This document shows, piece after piece, positions 26,201 through 37,700 of a stretch of DNA of 64,000 bases. Both the position numbers and the translations under genes were made by a program. This DNA is from Phoronis australis (lineage: Eukaryota > Animalia > Phoronida), in NCBI GenBank assembly GCA_002633005.1, contig NMRA01000356.1, positions 319,961-383,960 on the forward strand, in the 5' to 3' direction. Under the pieces are notes generated by a model. The model was not told the origin of the DNA. It saw only the letters and a list, made by a program, of their open reading frames with translations, and made no database searches. Within the stretch, counting starts at the first letter, position 1. Every line of letters begins with the position of its first letter.

Positions 26201-28147
26201 GTTCGTTATACTTGTTCGTGTTCTTAACATTGTCAATGTTGTTGCGTAGGTAGCGAAGACTTCACGGCGGTAAATGTAACCAAAGCAATGAGCGGCGAGA
26301 GCAGCATCCACTGGCTGAGCGCTGGCGGTTTCATCGAGCTTAACGTGTCATCTCACGAATACCTCAGCATCGTCGCTAACAATTCTGTGTTCTTATATCA
26401 GTTATCGAAGTCAAGTACGTTGGTTACATATAGCAAACGCTTGGTCTTGCACTAAATCAGTAGCTGCCAGCTAAGTTTCCAGCACGTCCCCAGAACTCCT
26501 CTCGGGAGTAAGGCGGCAGTCGAGTAATAATTTTGTCATTTTCACAGTTATTGTCACCACTGTTGGTATTTTGAACATAAGAGTAATTGAGTAAATTTGT
26601 CATTATCACAGTTATTGTCACGATTGTTGGTATTTTGAATATAGAGTAATTGAGTAAATTTATTATGTAATTGAAAAGTTTCAGAAATAAGTTTTAAACG
26701 GAAAGTCTGTGGCATGTTAAAAATTATTTTGATCGAACATGCCCTTCGTTTGTAGGAGACAGTGACGAAGCCGACAGTGACCCTATGATGGTATTAATTC
26801 CTCCAACGGAACAGTTTGACAATGGTTACTCGTTCGTCACAGTAAAGCCTGTAAACGATGCGTACCACAATTTCGTTAACATTATCATAGACGCGAAACA
26901 CTTCAACGGTTTACGTCTTAACTCGAAACCTGTGCCGAAGTTTCAGAATCACATGTACACGCACCTCAACGCCACATATTCCATTAAGTGGCGTAACTCG
27001 AGTTATTACGAGAGGAACTGGACCGCCGTATCTGACACCGGATACTTGGTAAACACGCTGTTCGTTCTGGACGGTTCGCATGTGCTTTCCCACGAGGATC
27101 CCACAGTCAGCTTTGGAGCAATTATGTATGGACAGGTAGGTTAAATTTAATTGGGAACAGTTAAAATTTGGTTCGGGGAAACAATCCATAGGCAAGGAGG
27201 TGATGGGTAAAATTGCGCTCACACTTTTTAACACTTGAACCATTGTGAATGCAGAAAATAATTAGAATTTTACTTGTGCAGACATTTATCAGTCCATGTG
27301 GGTTTACAAGGAGCAAAATTGACGTAGGGTATGTTCAGGGTATATTCGTGGTAATAAATTTAGTCCCTGTGCTTTAAGGAATTAACGAACACCAAGTCTT
27401 TTGGCACTTCACAATTTTCATCTTTTTCGCTGCTCCTGTTCACAGGTTAAGTACGAATCCTACGGCTATCCTGCAGGACTGCGCCTTGTCAACACGGGTA
27501 GCTATTGCGTGAAGAATACCACCGTAACAACACCAGGTGATGGAATAGACAACGACTGCGACGGTAGGGTCGATGAAGAAGTCATGGACGGAAGAGACGA
27601 CGATGGTGACGGACTGGTGGATGAAGACTTGACAGACTACCTAGTCATAACAAGAAACAACCAAGAAGCAACACAAACGACAACATCTAGCAGCAGATCC
27701 TCGACAGAGGGTGAAGATGAAGATAGGTCAACATCCAGCGCGAGAGCCTCTACAAACGGTCGTGAAGATGAAGATAGGCCTACGCCCGAGGCTAACACAG
27801 CATTAATCGTGGGTACAACAGTGCCCATACTGCTGCTGGCTATTATTGCTGGTAGTATCTGTTTCGCCTGGGCCTTAATCAAGCGCCGTCGAAAGAAGAA
27901 GGATGAACTACTGGCTAAACAGGAAGCAGAGTCCACGGAGGGTGAAAATGGCTCTGCTGCAAGTCAGGGTAGCTCTGTTGAAGGTATCAACAATGCAGAC
28001 ACCACCAAAGGTGGGATAATGGCAACTTCTACTCTGACAGGTAATGGGGCTACTGTGGCTGAAACGCCTTCTGGTGCCAAAGATGCACCACTTCGACAGG
28101 CGAGTCGACCTAGTCTACGGTCAAACCGTGTGTCCCCGGCACCGTAA
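16693..28147 (+). CDS. IgGFc-binding protein N-terminal domain-containing type I membrane protein (~694 aa; ~710 aa from the in-frame ATG at 16645)
   Basis: Seven phase-consistent GT-AG exons: 16693-16762, 18279-18430, 19269-19524, 20959-21318, 26250-26414, 26756-27135, 27446-28147. Signal-like MMRLLSGLVFFSTWSCHLIAGAS. IgGFc-binding motifs DHKGREFVLAF, DAFLALPTDILGTLY, DLTGVRVVSNKP, DHLEEMVPPVNTWG, DPMMVLIPPTEQF, YESYGYPAG. Then GDGIDNDCDGRVDEE..DGRDDDGDGLVDED, an S/T-rich stalk, TM ALIVGTTVPILLLAIIAGSICFAWALI, KRRRKKK and a low-complexity tail. Confidence 0.92.
17183..17227. repeat. (AT)n microsatellite
   Basis: Perfect AT dinucleotide run in intron 1 of the IgGFc-domain gene. Confidence 0.95.
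19971..20119. mobile_element. Small MITE (PIF/Harbinger-like ends)
   Basis: Inverted termini GGCCAAGTTGCATAAAA ... TTTTATGCAACTCAGCC; the TSD is not clean. Confidence 0.5.
22777..25536 (-). mobile_element. hAT DNA transposon (Tip100/PRKRIR-like transposase remnant), decayed
   Basis: TIRs CAGTGGCGGATATACG ... CGTAGATCCGTCACTG with G/C-run subtermini. CACTG lies directly on both flanks (22772-22776, 25537-25541). Minus-strand remnants KRDADILEAYKLIDTAVDEV*AMGTNIEDVWVEWF*DEQTVGSDIQIPRQSRQQRDRTNVPGETP (~24195-24395) and EYNRTVRKPFLDNLSQQL (~23900-23960) resemble hAT transposase C-terminal segments. Confidence 0.75.
25680..26106. repeat. Minisatellite, 27-30 bp unit, about 14.5 copies
   Basis: Unit GCTTCATACATTGTATGCACGAC(G/A/-)TGGAGG. 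It accounts for the overlapping repetitive ORFs at 25652-26191. Confidence 0.95.
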
Positions 28148-28384
28148 GGCTTTCCTTTACAGGAACGAGTCTAAACTTCTACAATGTCACAAAGGGTGTA
28201 GGGATTAAGACAGAAGTTCTACCCTGACATTGGCTATAATAATAATAACAATATAAGCAAGTGGCAGAAATCCCAATAGATCGAGTGTTCCCTATCTAGA
28301 CGTTTCACCATCTAATACGTAGAAGCTAATATTCTTGATCTACATAATTTTTTTATGAACGCATAATGTAAATATCAATCCGAA

Positions 28385-28399
28385 AATAAATTTTTTATT
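28385..28399. terminator. Back-to-back polyadenylation signals between the convergent IgGFc-domain and WDHD1 genes
   Basis: AATAAA on + (28385-28390), then TTT, then TTTATT (AATAAA on -, 28394-28399). A further + strand AATAAA lies at 28551-28556. Confidence 0.5.
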
Positions 28400-28757
28400 A
28401 AACATTATCGAGTCATGAAGCTAGAGTTCACGAAATAGTCATCTATTTAGAGCTACGAGTAATTTGTATGCTGTGCAGACAATTGATAAAACCACCACTT
28501 AGATATAGATATTATGATATGTATTTATAATTAAAAGTTGTTTTACAAGCAATAAACAATACGTTCAGCAATGAACACTGTTCAAGAGTGTTTTCTGTTT
28601 CTACTTGGCATGTTTTTTCATCAAAAACACATTTTATCCTGAAACCAAATGGAAGCAATGGAGTTTCATGAAACAATGCTTAGGATGACCAAATAGCTAT
28701 CATGAACATACTTCTTGGAAATTTCAAATAAGTTATAAAATTAGTAAACACTAATTT

Positions 28758-31700
28758 CTAATTCTTGTCAAATTTGAATCCAGCCAATTTAGAATTAGTA
28801 GATTGTGTTAGTGGTTTCTTCTTAGCAGGAGAATCCTCATTCCCTGCTTTTGTGGACTTGGATATTTGCTGATCTTCTGACTCGTTTTCACCATCTCGCT
28901 TTCTCTTCTTGTTTTCCATCTCGCTGTTGTTCATCTGTTTGGCGCGTTCTGCTAGAGTCTGAAGAATAAGTTGATAGGTAATGCCACCTATTGTTAATAA
29001 TATTCATCTCAAAAGAGCACTCTGCAGATTTTTCGCAATACCGCTGTAAACATCACTGTGAATAGAACACACTCCCACACAACTCAAAAGCTTAAAAACT
29101 TCAAAAACATATTTGAAGAGGTTATAAACTTTTCTGTAATTAATGCATGAAATTTATGTCCATTTGCCTCTTTGAACACTTATTGTTACTTACATTCAAC
29201 ATTTAACTTATGAACAGCTTGATCAAGCTTTAAATGAAAAATTTATTAAAAAAAATTCACTGGGCTGGACTTTCCTTGTTCCGTTACAAACAATTGCTCA
29301 GTTTGATTGAAAAAGGCATGCAAAAATCACTAATAAACATTCAGTTCCAAGCTTAGAAAACCTTGACCCTTGGTAAGCATTGCTGTGCCAACCGGGAATG
29401 AAATTACCGCTAAGAAACAAAATTCAAGCTTATTATCTTCTAATCAGTGAATTTCATCACCAAGCAAAATTTTCGCACCCATTACTGATAAAAAACATAA
29501 TTTTTTATGAGATATTTGGGCACGGCAGTGTAGCCAGTCAAGAGCACTAAAACAAGAGCCCTGGGATACGAACATATGTCACGGCCCTAGTAATGTTATG
29601 CAAACTTAGTGTGGAACCTTAGTTTTCCTTTGTGAATAACAAGAATCAAATATTTATGCTGAGTGTTCAAACATGCTTCATTGATGACTTGGGTATGATC
29701 GCATGCACTGATTTGTCATTTACGTAGTACATTTTGTTGATTTTTTGAGTGGGAGTTAATGTTGACAACACTTTTTTACAATGGGAAAATGTACCTCCAG
29801 CACTTAAGAAACCAGAACAAGAATATTATAAAGCATTGTTAGCAAGTAGCACCACCTCCAGTTGAGAACACAAACTGGACACAGCTAGAAACTATGGAAT
29901 GCATTTTGGCATTATCCAACCTAGTGACAGTACATAGTGACATGGGAAACAGTCATTCATTGCAATCCACATCAAAAGCAGTCTGCGGTTTCTCTGTGTT
30001 GGCACAACATTTTCGGGGTAAAAACACGATCCCGTTTTATTCAGCTTCAACACGACCCCTGCTTATTTTGCTTACATGAATACATCGTTAGTGAATTAAA
30101 CATCAAATTCTAAAATTAAAACTATTCAACAGTAACACAGGAACTGACCTTCTTTTCAGTTTTTGGTACGTCTCTAAATCGTTCTGTAGCCATGACGACC
30201 AAATCGTTTTCCCCCATATCTGGGAACTCTTCCTCCAGCTCTGCTCTGTTATCATCGAGCCACAGGGTGAATGCCGACACTGGTCTGAAACAACAGTAAA
30301 ATTATCATCTTACTACGTGTCATGAAATTCCTCTACTAAATTATCACAATATTACAAGCTGCTTGCATTCATAAAACATTCAAAACAATTGTTTCATTCT
30401 AAATTTCACAGCACATACACACAAAAACAGCTAGCTGCATTTGAAAATAAATAATAACGATGTATCTCGAAATGCCACATGGAATGCCAGTTTGAATACA
30501 ACGTGGAGATTATTTTGTGTCAACATTTCCGTTTCTTTTTTGACAGAATCACTGGTTAATTTTTACAAACCATTCACAAACTGAAATTTCTTTACAGAGT
30601 TTTGATAACATCCAGAAACACAGCAGATGGCTTCAAAAACATCTTATCCACTTTTTAACTGTAGTCGTGACAACCAAGTGATTCCTGTCCAAACTTACTT
30701 CTTTGTTTCACCAGTTGTCTGCTCCCCACTGCCCTCGAAGGCCGAAGTATTTTCATCCGTCTTCTTCTTGTTCCCGCCCTTTTTAATGGTAAACATCTTG
30801 GGTTGCAGATTATTCTGAAAACAAGTTGTGGAACAGTTACAGTAACTATAATACAAACAATATCAGCAGATAACACCCAACCTTGCTATAATACAAACAA
30901 TATCAGCAGATAACACCCAACCTTGCAACTACTCTAGACAAACCATATGCAGCACGGTCTCCAAAAAGGCTTTATCTTGGTATAAAAACCTATTTTGAAT
31001 TCTTAAATATGGCAAGTCACTGTTTCATATAGTTATAAACATGGATCTGACCGATTTTTCTGTTGCTAGGCTCACAACTGTGAGCTTGATTTATTCAATT
31101 TCAAAGCAGTATGCGAGCACTGTAACCAATAGAATTTTATCAGCTTGCTGCAATAAGCTGAGGATACATTGAACACTGTAACCAATATAATTTTATCAGC
31201 TTGCTGCAATAGGCTGAGGATACATTGAGCACTGTAACCAATAGAATTTTATCAGCTTGCTGCAATAAGCTGAGGATACATTAAACACTGTAACCAATAG
31301 AATTTTATCAGCTTGCTGCAATAGGCTGAGGATACATTGAGCACTGTAACCAATAGAATTTTATCAGCTTGCTGCAATAGGCTGAGGATACATTGAACAC
31401 TGTAACCAATAGACTTTTATCAGCTTGCTGCAATAAGATGAGGATACATTGAAAAATTTTCCGATTCTGTGAAATGTAAAATAACGAGAAGAAATTCATG
31501 TGAGGACAAAATAAAAGCAACTAAAACAAAATTCATGGTTTTTCATAAACCCCCAAAATGTATTGATGATTTTATTTAAAGTTTAATAACTTGGAAATTG
31601 AAAGACTTCGTTCATTCAATTTACTTGGTGTTACCATCAACGAAAACCTTCTGTGGTGTTCATTAAAGGAGAATGCCACCCGATTTAATTAGTCTTTTTT

Positions 31701-34700
31701 ACCGTCTTAATCGGACTATATCCACATCGCCTCGCATATGGTCGACCTCACCTTGCCAAGAGGTGTCGCGTTAACCTATGAGGAAGGTGAGAAACAACGT
31801 AGCGATGTCAGTGGTTCATCTGCAGTGTGAATGCTGCTATGTTGCGGTGAATCGTTCCCGCTTGTTTTAACTATGCAGCTGTGAGGAAAGCGGGTATATC
31901 GTTTTTTTCAACTTCCTCAAGAGTCCGAAATGAATTAGGGAATGGCTCGCAGTAGTGAAGAATGAAAAGTACGCTGTTAATAGCAAGTATGAGGCTATGA
32001 AACATCTCCGTGTCTGTGGCCAGCAGTCGTCGACAGTGAGTCTGACGAATGCCGGCTTACCAAAGAACTATCCATACGTTCCATTGCCTGTGCACGTTCA
32101 CGGTGCCTCTCTAGTTTCTTCATCACTGTATTCCGGTTCGAACTGATAGCCTGTGAAACTTAACAATCCACCTGCAAGTCTTCATCAGATGAGCTCTCTA
32201 AGTCGGGATTATGAGTTGCCATGTTGACGTTTATTATTCTGCACTCTGTTTCAAAATGAATTATTCTCACCCTAACCAATGCTTATATAGGAAACAGTGT
32301 GGCCTGGTTGGTAAGTGCCTGCTTTCTTTACTCGAGGTAGTGGGTTCGAGTCCCACCAGGTCACACTGCTAAACCCTTGAACCAGGTTTCTAGCTCCTGA
32401 ACTCAGTTTTAACCATATATTAATAAAGCATAAAAATAGTTCCAGGTGATTAATGCAATGGGCCCACATGCGAGGCCTGCGCACGTCTGGTACAACGTGT
32501 ATCAGACCGCCTGCAATTGTGTTTTTAATTTTTATATAAAACTGAAACAAAGTCTGTCTCATTAGATACAATTTGTAATGCTTTTGGAGTATTCATGAGT
32601 TCAAATGTTTTGAGAAGACAGCAACGAATAAACCATTGCGTTACCGGCTTCAGATGCAATAAAAGTAACTGACCGGGCACCGAGGCATTGTGAGCGCATG
32701 CTAATTCAGTGTTTGCTGACAGAAAGGTGTTTTGAAACAATGGTCACATGTTAGGGGAATCTTTATTTAGATATGCAAATAAATTATTCACATTATTGTT
32801 ACTGTACGTTTGCCCTGACGGTTCTGTAAAAGGACAACTTGACTTCGCGGCCCCCGATAAGTAGATTTGCAGTTTTGTGGCTAACTACGTCACCAAAATA
32901 ATTATGTGCACATTATTTCTTTAGCTCACTAGTATAGTCTTTTCCTGACTGGAGGTTTAGTTTCCAACTTGAAGAAATCGCAAGTTTAAAAGCACAACAC
33001 ACAGCTATCTTTCATGTCTGTATTTCACACAAGAATGATTCAATTTTATTACCAAACAGACCCAAACTCCCACGATCGACCACAAATTGGCCTACTGAAT
33101 GTAGGAGTCTACACTCCTTGACCGAACTCTGTAGGCTACCGAATGTTCAAATACCTATAAATCCCTAACAGTGAAATAAACACGTTCGTTCAAGAACTCG
33201 ACGTAATTGTAAGGGTTTTACATCGAAATTTGATGGTTTATTGGCGTAAAACGATAATTCAAGCAATAAGTTGACACAAGTAAGCGTGTTGTGAATGGCT
33301 GAACAGACTGCGTTCGAACCAATTACGTCATTGGTTAATTTCAACACCTCCGTCTGCCATTAGGTGTTATCGAGTGGACCTACTCGATCTAAATTGAAAC
33401 AAAATAGGTTGTTTTTTTGGGTGGCATTCTCCTTTAAACGTTTCTTGCCCTTTGAAACTTTGAAAACTGTATATTATGAATTTGTCCTTCCTCATTTTAA
33501 TTATGGCATTCTGCTATGGGGGTGTGAACATCATAGAATATTCAAATTACAGAAAAAAGTTATTCGCACTATTACCTCTAGTTATTTTAATGCCCACACA
33601 GATCCTTTATTTAAGACTTCGCACATACTGAAAATAAAGGACTTGTATGTTGTTGCTATAATTAAATTTTTCAACAAACATGTTCATAATTACCTTCATT
33701 TTTTAACACGTTCAATTTAATAACCCGTGGGACTGTTCGTGAACATTACACTAGGAAACGACATCTACAAACTCCTCGTTGTACTAAATCATTAGCTGAA
33801 GATTCAGTTCGAAATGCCCCACCTCATATCATTAATAACCTTCTTGAAAGTGTTTCCCAAAAATTTTTTACCCATTCGTTATCCTCAGTTATAAATTATT
33901 TTAAAAACGTTTGTTTTGAAAATTATGAGCTTGAGTGCACTATTCCCAACTGCTTTGTGTGTAACTATTTTCAATAATCCTAGTCTTTTTACAAGTAGTT
34001 TTAAGTTACATTATCACCTGTTTTGTAATTCAGATTATCTGTACTATATTTTGTATTCTCTGGTGGCTCCGTGGTCAGCGGACCCTTTGTGTCCTTCAGG
34101 TAGTCTCCATAAGCATAAATTTGTATTAATTGTATTTTTTTTCTTAACGTGAATAAAGTGTATTACTACTACTACTATTTGAGTTGGATAGTACTAGCAA
34201 AATTAGTTTTCCGCAGATACTTATGGAATCATGCTGTCTTATTTAGTAACACCATTATATTTGGTTCATTTTATGAATCAAAGTTGTCTGCCATCCAGTG
34301 CTCTCAAATTTTGATCTGATGATATATTATACTTAGCAATGACCAGAATGCCAGCCAGTGAGCAAAGGGAATGTATATAATTATCTGCAAGATGAAAAAA
34401 TGCAAATAGCGGTGTAAAAAGCCAACAGTAAAATTCAAATCTTAAAAGTGAATAAGTGTCTTTGAAGCGTTTGATTTCCATGCAGTTATATTCACCGCAT
34501 CCTACGTGTGATTGCAATTTGCACACGAGTGGGTCAACATTTGATGTGCAGTGAGAGTGATATGTATGATGCCAAATGATACCATTTCAATGTACAGACT
34601 TTTCCAACCCCATCTGAGATTCAGGGTTGGTTTACTGACTAGTAAAAGCCAATTTAACGCAACTTCAATTGCGCTTACCTTTTTCTTGGATTGTTGTGGA

Positions 34701-37700
34701 CTTTTGACGGTCAGTTTACTTTTTGTTGGACGTGACATGTTGTCAAAAACCTTGGTACCCTTACTGTTGCTTACTTTTGACTCTGTTCCAACCTACAAAA
34801 ATGGACAAAGTGTTCAGCTGCACAAATATTTAGATTTTTGAAATTGCACAGTCATTGCGGAGAACATTGAGCAATTTGAGCTCTCATATCATAAGTAAAG
34901 TTTTTATGAAAAAAAGAGGCGACTTTTCAACTCAACAAAGACAAGACAAGTTAGTCCATTTTTTGGTACAATTTAGTTATAAATTTAAGATCATAACCAT
35001 ATTGACAGACAGAGTGCCATACTGCTCTCAACTGAGTACTTGCCAATTCAAGGGATAGCGTATGTTATAAAAGGATCCCAGTAGTCATTTTCTGATAAAA
35101 AATGAAATATGTCTTATCACAAAATGATGATCGAGTGGTTGGTGGACATCATTCTGCATTCTTGTTTGGGGATTTTAGGCAGCGAGATTTCTCAGTTTTG
35201 CTTAAAAAATCTTTGTGACCATCATGTCCTCAAATTGCTACAGATGCACACTGGGATATTGTAATGACTCACACAACAACGCACACTGGGATATTCTAAT
35301 GACTCACAACAATGTACACTGGGATATTGTAATGACTCGCACAAGAATGTACACTGGGATATTGTAATGACTCACACAAGAATGTACACTGGGATATTGT
35401 AATGATTCACACAAGAATGTACACTGGGATATTGTAATAACTCACACAAAATGTCATAAGTACCAAAATGTCTGAAAATCAAGGAAATTGTTGTTTCATC
35501 ACTGTAAACTTGGCCCATCTTGCATACTAGAACTAGAAATTGGGTCAAGTGAAACACACCTTTGTTATCTAACAACACTAGACGTGTAGGTAGAATGTTT
35601 CCTATTGTTACCTTGAATGGATTCTTCCTTTGCTGTCCCTGACTGTTGGGAGCAAGAGTCTTGTATGACGACTTGTCTTTCATCACCAACATGGGACCAG
35701 ACAGTGATGGCTCCTCCTCCTCTTCTGTCACCATGGCGTCACCATTGTCATGGTAACCGTTCACATGTGATGACCACTCTGTTTCAGTGTGATTGTAGCT
35801 GAAATCCAACAAGTACGTCAAGAGCAAGAAGAAACTTAGTTTAGAACTTTATGTTGGCAACTTAGAAAAATTCATTTCGTTTTGCTTTCTTCAAAAAACG
35901 CTTTAAAATGGCAGCACAAGCAAATGGGTCAATTATTATGTACTTAAATGTCTTAATTAAAGAGGTAAAGTTCTGATAATCTTATCAGGAAAACTAAATT
36001 TAAAGTGAAACAATTAAGTAAAACAACTTCACATGTAGGGCAATTCCACAGTATATGTAACATCATTAGGCACAAAAATATTGAAAAATTCATTTCTACA
36101 AAACGCATCATAACCCCCATATGACTAGACCTGCAAACTGATCGAATATTCAGAAAACTACTTGACATTTTTCTTGAAACGGAAGGCACAAATACTGCAG
36201 TTAACAAAACAAAATTTCAAGCTTTTACTTGTAAATACACATTTTACCTGGCAACTTCACTCTATTACACTTCATTTCATTTCAGTAAGTAAAACCCGTA
36301 CCCAGCTTGAATCTCATCAGAAAACACTCTTGGAGCCTCGTCTTCCGTGGCATTTTCAACTACCCCTTGGTCTTGCTCTTCACGTTGCTGAGCCAGTTCA
36401 CTAATTTGCTGAGCCAACTGCAGGTGGCGCATTTTACTGGCATACTTAATGGCCAGTTGTAGAGCGTGCTGGCTCGGCATCAGATGACAGATCTCCAGTG
36501 CCCGGTATTCACGGTCTGCTTTACAGGCAAGCTGAAACAAAGCAGAGTTGTTAGTGTTCACCCTGTGTTAGTTCACAGAATTTTTTATTTCATAATGTAT
36601 CTCAAGAGGAAATTTTGTCATTCTCGGTAAAATAATAGAGAACAATTTCAACTGAAAGAATAACATATTTGTGGGTTTCCCAACTCTGCAAGTAGGGGAG
36701 AATCGCCATACATAACCTTAGCCCTATACATAACCTTAGCCCCATACATAACCTTAGCCCTATACATAACCGTAGCCCTATACATGGAAACATTGGAAGC
36801 TTTCATGCAGTGCAGCAACAAGGGATAATTATGTAACAAAACATACTTGATAATTATGTAACATACCATACTCGAAGTCCAGAGTTTGTACAATGACATG
36901 CTTCACATGTGATGCAGGGCTACATCTCATGAAGGCTTGCATGTTGCAGAAACTCACAAAAAATAACCTTAGGGAAGTTTTCTCACAACTGTGATGAGCA
37001 CATCCACCAGTGACACTACCACTATTGAACTATTGAACTATTGAACTATTGAATGAACAAAATCGACCAGGAAATGGATGAACAAACAAACATTTTATCA
37101 CGCCTTCTCGTTAGTTCAAATGTCTGTACAGTACGTTTAGACCCTAATGGGAGGATTCTCAACATCAATGCGGTCGTCCAGAATCACCAAGGTGATAAAA
37201 GGATCATGGCTTTCCACAATTTTATGCGAAGTCAGTTCTTAACAGCCCAGAAATCACTCTAATCTGAGCAAGGAATACGTTGAAATCAACGGTACATCAA
37301 CAAGTGGTCTAAAAGTTAATTTCTTTGACCAAAGGCACAATTATAGCAAATTTGATATCTGCATTGTGGAAAACATCCTTCAATTACAAGGTTGTCTTGT
37401 GAGAAGCATAAAAGGGTCTCACTGCAAATAATTTCATGAGAGCTTCTGTCTCGGTTTTCTCATAGGGTTCAAAGTCTGTGTCATCGGATACAAGACCCTG
37501 TGATCGCCAGAAGTCCACATGACCACTGAATACTCGGGACCTCCATAAGGTTTCCTGCAGAGAAAACGAACATACAGTCAAAAAGGACATAATTCACTAT
37601 TAATGTAACGCAAAATGTAAAATTCAGCAAATAAGCTCATGGCCTTACATTTGGGAATGTTGCTTTTTCTGAGGATAGGCATTATTTCTAAAAGCCTATG

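Larger units (their letters stand above)
31500..34178 (+). mobile_element. 3' fragment of an L2/CR1-group LINE, interrupted by a Kolobok-like element
   Basis: Left part reads KFNNLEIERLRSFNLLGVTINENLLW (~31578-31656). Right part reads KRFLPFETLKTVYYEFVLPHFNYGILLWG..FKLQKKVIRTIT..NAHTDPLFK (from ~33436). It ends in AATAAA plus a (TAC)n tail at 34152-34178. The 5' boundary is approximate. Confidence 0.8.

Noticed and set aside
16693-28147. Assigning the symbol FCGBP
   Set aside because: Only the N-terminal domain is shared. There are no VWD repeats and the protein is membrane-anchored, so orthology is unsupported.
30847-30926. 40-bp direct duplication near a WDHD1 acceptor (similar small duplications at ~26520-26660 and ~37925-37976)
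   Set aside because: These look like ordinary local slippage duplications and do not alter the splice sites.
32290-32365. Functional tRNA gene (also the copy at ~62140-62214 and the TRIM LTR boxes)
   Set aside because: A and B boxes are present, but the cloverleaf stems are incomplete and the head runs into a shared repeat body, so these are SINE- or TRIM-derived.
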